In this document: in pieces, positions 54,625 to 64,000 of the stretch
Layout of the letters: the number at the start of each line of letters is the position of its first letter
Numbering within the stretch: position 1 is the stretch's first letter
NCBI GenBank assembly: GCA_010909165.1
Contig: VJWM01000173.1
Location: 186,001-250,000, forward strand
DNA from: Anthoceros angustus
Taxonomy: Eukaryota; Plantae; Anthocerotophyta
DNA length: 64,000 nucleotides
Direction: 5' to 3'
Made by a program: the position numbers and the translations under genes
Notes under the pieces: model-generated
Database searches by the model: none
What the model was told of the DNA's origin: nothing
Seen by the model: only the letters and a program-made list of their open reading frames with translations

Positions 54625-57600
54625 ATGTCGTCGCGTGCCATGGATGGGATCAGCCATTCCGGGGGGGTGCCTCCCCCAACAAATCCCATGGTCACAGTCT
54701 TGCTCACCGACATGTATCAGCTCACCATGGCTTACGCGTACTGGAAGGCTGGCAAGCACAACGAGAGTGCTGTGTAATCTCTTCTCCTTGCCCTGTTCCC
54801 TCAGTTGGCTTTTGCTGCAACTTCAGCTTCTATTGTCTGGGATGTCTTGGCTTGTCATGAACCTAGGATTCACCTCCAGCGCACAATTTTGCTTGCAGGT
54901 TCGATCTCATGTTCCGCAAAAATCCTTTTGGAGGGGAGTACACCGTGTTTGCAGGTCTTGAAGAATGTATTCGGTTTGCTGGGAATTTCAGATTCACAGA
55001 TGATGAGATAGCGTATGTCCGCACCATCCTGCCTCCTAGTTGTGAGGTGAGGTATGCTCTTTTTGCGCTCGCAAGAGCTGAGAGAGTGTTCCGTAGTTTT
55101 CAGGGACAGGTCTGCACAGGACTTGGCTGTCTGTAACGGTAAGCTAGCTGGTGTGCTTCCAGGATGAGTTCTTTGAGTTCCTGAAGGGGCTTGACTGTTC
55201 TGAGGTAGAGATTTACGCTATTCCTGAAGGCTCGGTCGTGTTCCCCCGAGTTCCACTCATAAGGGTCGAAGGTCCTCTTCTGGTTAGCATCCTACCTCCC
55301 CACGTGAGTAATAATGCGTTGGTGCAGCTGGTGTCCACAGACCTTATATTGTTTGTGCATACTGTTACAGATAGCGCAACTTCTAGAGACGACATTTTTG
55401 ACACTTGTGAACTATGCGTCCCTAGTAGCCACAAATGCCGCAAGGCACAGGCGAGTTGCTGGGAAGTCAAAAATATTGCTGGAGTTCGGCCTGCGGCGAG
55501 CTCAGGCAAAAGCACCGTTTTGATGCCTCTTCTCTTGTTGTTTGCTTGTCAACGGTTGGGAAAGGGCTCACGGGATGTCAGTTGCCTGTCTTGACTACAG
55601 GGTCCCGATGGGGGAATTAGTGCATCGAAGTACTGCTACATTGGTGGCTTTGATGCCACTAGGTGATCCTTCGTTGTTGCCTAATCCTACGGTTGTCATG
55701 TTCCGTGTATGAATCAAAGTAGTAACCCTCCTCATATGGTGGAACTCAGTAATGTAGATGCAGGACGCCGGTTTGGTATTCCAGTCCGAGGAACACACTC
55801 TCATGCATTTGTTAGCTCCTTCACGGTAATCTTGCTGAAGACAAATCCTGTTGAAACTTGAACTTGACATTTTCCTCATGAGAATGTTGACTGTCAAATG
55901 GCTAGTACGGGCCTTTGTAACCTCTTTGTGTTCTGTTTGCAGAGTTTTGACGAAATTACTGAGCGGTCTTTACCTTATGCAAATGGTTCTGGGGTCTGTA
56001 TGGACTTTGTGCAATCAGCACAGCACTGGCTGAGTAAACTCCGTGTAAGCCGTGATCCACTGGTTCACTGTACTCGTGGACTCTCTGATGGCTGTTTGCA
56101 GTGAGATGCTTCGCTGCTCTGACATGTTCATCTCTGCTTTAAGATGTTCACTGCCTGAATGCGTGCAGGGAGCAGAGCCGCTGAGGGGGATATTTTCAGA
56201 GACAAACTCCAGCGAGCTAGCAGCTTTTACATCCTATGCCTTGGCTTTTCCCACATCGTTTCAGGCTCTTGTGGACACCTACGATGCACGTCCCGGGCTA
56301 TGATGCACACTCTCTGGTTTTGGATTCTTACACTTCTCATGGCAGCAGTGTTTCTTGTTTAATCGCTTGACACTCTCAAGGGCTGTGAATGCAGGTCATG
56401 AGAAGTGGAATTCCAAATTTCTGTGCTGTTGCACTAGCTCTGCAGGATTTGGGGTTTGTGGTCCATCAACTTTGCAAAATCAGTTAGATAGTAACAGTTG
56501 TTAAGTTCGATGTTTCCAGCTTCTCAGCAGTCCATAATATCCTTCGAATTAGAGCTTTGCCTACTTTGACTTGCAGATACAGGGCGCTGGGCATTCGTTT
56601 AGATTCGGGTGACCTGTCATATTTATCTTTGGAGGCTCGCAGAGTGTTCAAATTAGTTGAGGACGAATTTAAGATTCCTGGCTTTGGGAAACTGGTTATA
56701 ACAGCAAGCAATGATATCAATGAGGAGACCCTGGATGCGCTCAATAAGCAGGTATGGGTTACCATTTACTGTCAAAAGGACCTTGCAGTGTTGAACTGAG
56801 ATATCTGAGCTCTGAAACCGCTCTACAGGGCCATGAAGTAGATGCCTTTGGCATTGGTACACACCTTGTCACTTGCTTCCAACAGCCGGCTCTGGGTTGC
56901 GTATACAAGCTAGTGGAGATCAATGGCCAGCCTCGCATTAAGCTCTCCGAAGATTTGAAAAAGGTGGTACAGCAATGGCTATTGGTTGTAATGGTCTCAG
57001 GTGAAAAGCTCACCGTTGTCCACTCTCATCTTCATGTGTAGGTGACTATTCCCTGCAAGAAGCAGTGCTATAGGCTTTATGGCAAGGAGGGATTTGCACT
57101 TGTTGATCTTCTGACTGGAGCAGACGAGAAGCCCCCAGAAGTATATACTACCTCAATCATTCATGTCTTCAGAAGCAATGCACTGCTTCGGGTTTGTTGA
57201 CCTCAAATTTGTTAAATTGCTTTGTCACTGCTGTGGATGGCTGTTTGCAGGTTGGAGAGCGGATTCTATGCAGGCATCCTTTCAGCGAGTCCAAGAGGGC
57301 TTATGTTGTGCCACAAAGAGTAGAACCGCTGTACAAGTGTTTTTGGTCGACAAAACCAGGTAGCCATTGCAGTAGATCCACCTGTGTAGCTCTGCAGGAT
57401 CGCAGGAATTCTCGTAGCTCAACTTTGTTTCCTTGTCAACTCTGTCGACAACACGCAAGCCACTGTAGGGGTGAAGCGGGAAGGATTTTCATCCTTAGAG
57501 CAATTGAAACAGCGTTGCCAGGAGCAGCTGGCTGCAATGAGGCCAGACCACATGCGTGGATTGAACCCCACTCCGTACAAGGTCCCTTTCTTTACGATTC

Positions 57601-57761
57601 TCATCCAATGAGTAGGCGTATGACCTTTTAAGGAAAGGAGATGCTCTTCTTTGTACTTACTTCTACCTAAGTGTTGTGTGCAGGTCAGCGTCAGTGGAAA
57701 ACTGTACGATTTCATCCATTTTCTTTGGCTGAGCGAAGCACCAATTGGGGAGCTTTTATAA
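54625..57761 (+). CDS. NAPRT: Nicotinate phosphoribosyltransferase (NAD salvage), multi-exon
   Basis: Exons read [121 protein letters not shown] and [19 protein letters not shown] (TAA 57759-57761). ATG is at 54625 or 54640. Confidence 0.95.
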
Positions 57762-57992
57762 CGGGTTTTCTCGTTGTATACTTCATTTTTTTACCAACCT
57801 TGCTGGTTGGATGCATTTTGGTTGCGTTCAGCTATGGTGTATTGCTTACCCGTACGAACCCGAAAAATCTTTTTGAGAAACTGGATATGATGCGGGCAGT
57901 TCATAATACCTGTAATGTTTTTATTACATCTTCTACCGTGTTATGTTCAGACACTAAAATAATCTTCATGTACATACTCCCTTGGAGCAACG

Positions 57993-58136
57993 GTGACCCT
58001 TTGGGATACCTTTTCCGGGTCTTTTCTCTACGCCACGATGATCCTTTGGGATGCTCTTTCCCGGTTCTCGCCACGATGATCCTTTGGGATGCTCTTTTCC
58101 GGTTCTCGCCACGATAACCCTTTGTATATCTTTTCC
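57993..58136 (+). repeat. 38-bp tandem repeat, about 3.5 copies, followed by degenerate TTTAGGG-like motifs
   Basis: gatcctttgggatgctctttcccggttctcgccacgat at 58040 and 58078, with diverged flanking units; tttaggatttagaatttagggttt follows at 58145-58166. Confidence 0.85.
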
Positions 58137-58829
58137 TAATCGTTTAGGATTTAGAATTTAGGGTTTAATTACTCTGCTACTTTGGCTGCTTTATCAAGCA
58201 ACTCTTTAGCCAACGTGTAAATTTTTGCTATTCTTTGTGCTGCTTTAAAAAGCGTTAGAAAGCCCTTCTCCATGACCTTGATGAGTCCTCTTGCCCCCGG
58301 GTGCGTGGAGCCAAGTGCGTGTGGGGGCAAGAAGACCCTAAGGGCACGAACCCTAGGGGTGCACAAGTTTTTGCAACCCTTGTGGCTCATGCTTCCTCGT
58401 GCATTCGCATACGGTTCATTCCCCAGCAGAATTAAGAAAAGTAGAAAATAACAAAAAAGGCTACTCTTTCTTTGCATGCACTTGCCCCAAAATTTTGGTA
58501 TTTTTTGTGGTTTCTACATTTTTTATTAATTTGTAAAGGTTCTTTTTGGCCGTATCAACCCTTTTTGTGCACCTCTCTAATTTGAATATGTTCTCATCTT
58601 CACTTAGTCCTCATCTTTTTTCTTGTGATAAAAAACTTGAACAAGTAGTGAGGACCTTTTATATCTTGAGACGTTTGGCGTGGGCCCAGCTCCAAATGTA
58701 GACCATACCAGTCTCATTCTTGCAGTGCACATGGATCAAGAGTATCATGTCAACCATGATATTATTATCCCAATGTATGCGAGACAAGGTCTAATACGAT
58801 TCCTAGAGCGAGAGTAGTCTTAGGACTGA

Positions 58830-59114
58830 TTGGTACGAGTGGAAGGTTGATGCGCAAACTTACTAGAATCACATCATGTTTTGTAAAAATTTGAAACGTT
58901 TGTATTCTTGTCAGTCGTGAGAATGACCTTGTTCCAGGAAGCCTCAGAATATGATGAAGTTTTAAATCAAATACGTTCATACACTCGTCAATAAGACCTA
59001 AACTCTTCGAAACAGCCGTTTTCAGTGTGGATTTTCCGGTGTGCAATTTGGGATTCGTTAAAGCCCATGTGCAAAAAGATGTTACTAGAGAAACCCATTT
59101 CTACCCAGACGCTG
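58830..59114 (+). mobile_element. Decayed relative (right end) of the 7101-7746 TIR element
   Basis: gagaaacccatttctacccagacgctg|ttaa at 59088-59114 matches the right TIR. The subterminal 100 bp also align, and the internal frame TDWYEWKVDAQT..KNLKRL matches IDWYE*KVGVQT..KNSKRL. Confidence 0.7.
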
Positions 59115-59595
59115 TTAATAATTATTCTTTATAACGAAAGGGAGTACTACGTTCCGATCAAAGAACAAAAAATATGGACTGAAAATATATTGCAAGCTCA
59201 CCCTGTATCCCTAGGATATATAAGGTAGTAACTCATCCCAATAGCTGGGATCCACTTACATGGCGTATTTACCGAGCCATGTTCACCGTTTTATAATATT
59301 CTTAAGCATTATGTTTACAACTGTGCAAATCAGCTAGTTTACAATTGTCAAATGCACTGTAAAATGAGTCTTTTCTTGGTAGTTGATCAAAGCCATCAGT
59401 TGTAAAGAGTGGAGCTTCTATTATAGTGGAAGATACTTTTTGGCAATTTTTCAAATAAGAAGAAGTAGGTTGATTGATATTTTTGGAGATAATATTGTTG
59501 TTGCCAATAGGATATTTTAGGAATATGCTGATGCCAAGGGCTAGTATAAATAGACCCTTTCACAGAGGACAAGCTCAGGTCATAGCTTGTCCTTC

Positions 59596-59773
59596 AGATA
59601 TGCAATGCCAGAGTGTTGTGAGGAGACTCTCTAGATATGGAATGCCAGAGTGTTGTGAGGAGACTCTCTAGATATGCAATGCCAGAGTGTTGTGAGGAGA
59701 CCCTCTAGATATGCAATGCCAGAGTGTTGTGAGGAGACCCTCTAGATATGCAATGTCAGAGTGTTGTGAGGAG
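59596..59773 (+). repeat. 37-bp tandem repeat, 5 copies, in an LTR-like segment (about 59460-59975)
   Basis: agatatgcaatgccagagtgttgtgaggagac.ctct at 59596, 59633, 59670, 59707 and 59744. It is preceded by tagtataaatag, a TATA context typical of LTRs. LTR ends were not established. Confidence 0.8.
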
Positions 59774-61084
59774 GCCAAAGTTATGACTCCGAGAGCGATG
59801 TGTGAGGAATTTACTTGTTGTTCTCGTGGGGAGAGTGTGTTTGTGCCCCCACAAGCGAGCTACTCCCTCCTATTGTTATTGGTTTGCACCTATACTTGCG
59901 TATTAGATTTGTTTTGCTTGGTTGTCTGTACCTTGGTGGTTTATAAAATTTGTTAATCATCCCAGTATCCGGCATGGTAGGCTCATTTGTAAATCATCCC
60001 TATATCTAGGTGCACCAACCTCCCTTGTGGGAAGTCTACAATGCGAGACTTCCAAATTGATAACGATAATGAAGAAGAATTAGACTATTAAAGATATCCG
60101 GTGTATGGATATGATATGTGTGTTCTAAACATCTTCTCCAATTGACGCACCAAATGGATTTGAAAGTTTTCTTTCTAGATTCAATATGCAAGAGTTGATC
60201 ATGCAATATCTGCTCCACACAATCCGCAACCGAGCCCTCTACTAGCACGACTGTTAATTCGCATGGTATTCAACAAAATCAAAAGTTGTTGGGTATCTTC
60301 TTAATGGTCGTCCCTACTATCTATTTCAGTGAAAATATCCTAAGAATACACTATAATATACAAGGAATATGCTAAAGCATATTACTTGAGCTTATCCACT
60401 TAGCTATTGCTAACCATTTTTAATTAACACAAATTAGCTCTTTATTAACATCAGCACTTTAGATTAATTAATAGTAATTACTTACTTAACGATAAGTAAT
60501 TAGTTAATTAATGATAATCAAACACTAAACCCAATGTTACATGGCATGACACACCCTACACATTAGCTGAGATAAGAACTCCACAATTTTTAATGCTTCA
60601 TATAAAACATCAGAGATAGAAAGTGTTGAACACAAGGAAGCCATCGGACATATTTAAACAAAGGATGACGAGGTAGCTAAGAACCTTGCCAAACTTATAC
60701 TAACTTGAATTATGATTCGAGAGGTTCTAGATCTCTTCCCCATCCAGTTTGGTTGAGATGGTGAGGTGTGAGGTACCGTAGCAGCCAATGAGTACACTTC
60801 ACCGTAGGATGCAATGTTTATTTATTTGGTTAGTTGATCATTAGATCAAAGTGAAAAAAGATTAATTACTTAACTAACTTTAAGCAAGTTATTATGCTTT
60901 TGTAAAATTAGGGATTTGTTCCGATTTCAAAAAGGATTTGAGAAGATCTCCCTAGCTTTCTTTAGTTTTTCATCTCGATGTAAATGTCTAATTCTTTTAT
61001 ATAGTCCACCATCTCGTTCTCAATAGTCTCACAAATAACACATCTTCATAATTTTCTATGATTTAACATTTAGGTGATTCTTAA

Positions 61085-61555
61085 TGGTTTCGGACATGAA
61101 AGCACATCTCCTAAATTCTCTATAGCGTCTCATTCTAATTCCTACTCACCTCACTTTGAATGTCAACCCCGCAATCCCTCGATTTTTAGCGGTTTCAAAC
61201 ATGAAACCACATCTCCTAAATCCTCTACGCCATCTCACTCTAATTCCTACTCACCTCACTCTCACTTTGAATGTCAACCCCATAATCCCTCGATTCTTAG
61301 TGGTTTCGGATATGAAACCATATCTCCTAAATTCTCTATGGTACCCCACTCTCATTCAAAACCATATCTCCTAAATTCTCTATGGCGTCTCACTCTAATT
61401 CCTACTCACCTCATCTCCTAAATTCTCTATGGCGTCTCACTATAATTCCTATTCACCTCATCTCCTAAATACTCACCTCATCTCCTAACTTCTCTACGGC
61501 ATCTCACTCTAATTCCTACTCACATCACTTTGAACGTCAACCCCGCAATCCCTCA
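61085..61555 (+). repeat. Complex tandem repeat (about 105-110-bp units plus about 45-bp sub-units)
   Basis: catctcctaaattctctat.gcgtctcactctaattcctactcacctcactttgaatgtcaaccccgcaatccctcgatt recurs with partial copies. Confidence 0.85.
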
Positions 61556-62389
61556 GACTTTACACAAACTTTACTTTTACATCAGTCATGTTTCTTTTGA
61601 TTAGGCACAGACTTTACTTTTGCATCGTTCGTGTTTCTTTTGATTAGGTTAGGTCACGTCTTTCAAGTCCAAAAGCAAAAATTTTGTTGATAAAAGCAGT
61701 TTGCGCCCAAATCTCTGTTGTCAGTCAGCGAAGTTCGTAGGACAGACTTATCCGAATTCCGGACTGCTGCAGTGGGACCAAAAGTTCAGATGCCGAAAAA
61801 TCAGATGAACAATTTATCCGGTGAAAAATCTTCAGCTTCCGAAGCGTTGCCCGTTTGATTTAAGATCTCCGTATTAAAGCTCAGGAATCATTTGTGAGCC
61901 AACAACATTGTCAAACAGATGTAAGTCCATTTCACCAGATCAGTTATCACATGATACAACACTCGCCAGTCACTTCCCACTCCTACGATGGAGGATGACC
62001 AACTCCAAACCTATTGGTGGCCCGCAATAAGGTACTGTCACAATTGATACCTTCTCTGAAAGTCCTAATCAGCAGATCTAATATCTGGAGGATCTCCTGG
62101 AAAACTTCTGAGAAATTTGACGAGTTCTTCACTCAGCACTCCATGTGGTCATGTCACCCTTCCCTCCCAGATTTCTGTCAGTCTCCAATAACTGTCCAGC
62201 TAGAAATAAGGGCAGCACTACCCTGTCAAAATGGCCTCAACGTAGAATGCACCAGCAAAGACAAGCTGGGCATTGCGGTACTAAGCTCTTACAGCTTGGT
62301 GGCAGGCCCCTTCTCCAAAAGCACGACAATCAGGCTGCTCAGACTGACTGGAAAGAATTGAAACGTCTCCCTAACTTGAGTCAGTACTA

Positions 62390-64000
62390 TCACATATAGT
62401 AGAGAGGTGGCCCACCACCTTGCGATGGTTGCATCACAGGTCCAGAAGGGGGCATGTGCATAAGTTGGTGGCTATAAGCAGCAGGCATTGAGTGACCTGG
62501 AGGAGGCCCAAGATGGGGACTGTTAGGCAAAATGCCAGCATTCATGTGACCACCAAGCGGTGGCCCTCCCATGGAAGAAGGTGGCCCAGCACCAGGTGGA
62601 GGATAATGAGGCCCATGCACTCCTCCCATCTGGTTCATCAGGTGACCAGGCGGACCACCTTGAGGGGCAGGTCCTCCAGTGTGCGGGGGCCCCATGTACA
62701 TGGGATTCGGCATGGGTCCCACCAGCTGTGGACCAGGAACGATGTTAGATGTAGCTTGACCTTTCGAGGCATGATCATACTCCCAAGATGGCATCTGCTG
62801 GTGGGCCACCCCACCATCACTCTGGGAGGATCGCACAGTCTCTCCAATGTACTGGCTCCCATTGCATGATGCAACTGTTGTTGAGTTTACTTGGACACTA
62901 TCACCTGAGATCGGACTGGCTGATGCAGTTGGTGCTTGGCCAAGCACGGCAGGCTGGTTCACAGGAAGCCCCGGGTTGGTGTAATCCCGACTCCGTTCGT
63001 TGTTCACCTGAAGGTAAGCAACACAAACCGGATACCCACTAGGAAGTCAGAATTCTGAGCATGCCAAGTAGTCAGGATGTAGGTTCATAGGTTCGAGATA
63101 ACCTATCTGGCCGGCCAACCTGCCTATCCTACCATTCTAATTTACCAAAGAACAATACCTTTACATTGAGGTCAGTGTGTCGGGAGTACGAAAGATGAAG
63201 CTTGCAGAAGCCCCCGTCGTATATGCAGTGACCCTCGAGAGCATCTTTTGCTGCTACTGCAGTAGGTACATCTGGAAAGAGTACCCGAAGTCCATGAAGC
63301 ACAAAAGACTAGAAGCCAGCTCCACAAACTGGCTCATTGCAGCACTGCTGCTGTCGCATTCCTCACGACAGCCGATTTCTCTAACCCCTGGATATGTCAA
63401 CAGTACATTCTCAAACTAAGCACAATATATGCAACATACCTGGATACTGGACCAAGGCTTGAAAACCTGCACTCTTTTCAAATATCGCAATCTTTTGAAC
63501 AGTTCCGAATGCAGAAAACACCTGTCATCCATGACCACAACCTAAGGAACTACAGAAACAGAACAAATAACTGTCAAGTCACAGCAGTACACAGCATGTA
63601 CCGTATGCAGGACATCAATGGTAACGGCATATTGCATATTCTCGATAGACACGAGAAGGACATTGCTTTCTGGTTCTCTACGCTTGCCATCCGGGCCAAT
63701 GCCGAATTGCTGGACAACCAGGGATAGTGTCAGAAAGTGTTTTTCAAAGGACATTTGCCAGCAGAAAAGAATTTGGAAGCAAGGACAAACAGACCTGGCC
63801 ACTACCATCAATAGCTGAAGGTGCCACAGGAAGATACGGGTTAGTGTAATCCCTGGAGGACAGAAACAAGCAGGTTGAGCTCTCAGTTGATAAGTTACGA
63901 CAGCCGCAACCAAAATGCTCGGAGGCTACTGCTGCAAGCAAGAGCACCCTGTAATTCAGCATGTACCTGCTTCTATGACTCTGGAACTTCACATTCAGAT
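62390..64000 (-). CDS. PTB: Polypyrimidine tract-binding protein homolog (plant PTB1/2 type), 3' exons; 5' part lies beyond the window
   Basis: Exons read DLNVKFQSHRS-RDYTNPYLPVAPSAIDGSGQ, EPESNVLLVSIENMQYAVTIDVLHT, GFQALVQYP, AKDALEGHCIYDGGFCKLHLSYSRHTDLNVK and NNERSRDYTNP, then a long Pro/Gly/Met/His-rich tail ending at 62390. Confidence 0.92.

Noticed and set aside
61074-61421. 115-aa Ser/His/Pro-rich ORF
   Set aside because: It is the translation of a tandem repeat with no evidence of coding constraint.
63075-63110. GGTTCGAGA T-loop-like motif in a PTB intron
   Set aside because: The stem register does not fit a tRNA T-arm, and there is no D-arm, anticodon arm or acceptor stem; it is only a 7-bp hairpin.

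Overview
Compact, intron-rich land-plant nuclear DNA. Introns of about 70-110 bp, GC-rich exons and a chromovirus suggest a non-seed plant such as a hornwort or lycophyte (inference). Eight recognisable protein genes are present: NRPC2 (partial, -), SYF2 (+), an A20/AN1 stress-associated protein (+), an intronless F-box/LRR protein (-), FANCD2 (+), cytosolic lysyl-tRNA synthetase (-), nicotinate phosphoribosyltransferase (+) and the 3' part of a PTB1/2-like gene (-). There is also one unrecognised, apparently spliced coiled-coil gene (8.9-10.2 kb). Between FANCD2 and LysRS lies a three-layer transposon nest with readable ends and target-site duplications: a pogo-like DNA transposon contains a 5'-truncated RLE-type non-LTR retrotransposon, which contains a short-LTR Ty3/gypsy chromovirus. 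Two decayed members of an unclassified TIR family sit at 7.1-7.7 kb and about 58.8-59.1 kb. Many minisatellites occur, including a 14 x 28-bp array starting just after the LysRS stop codon. Two 2-3 kb tandem duplications (FANCD2 3' end plus flank; the middle of LysRS) differ almost only by small deletions and are probably unmerged, unpolished long-read overlaps, so frameshifts in about 38-53 kb should not be trusted. No tRNA, rRNA, CRISPR or prokaryotic-type system was found. All homology calls come from motif recognition by eye, not database searches.
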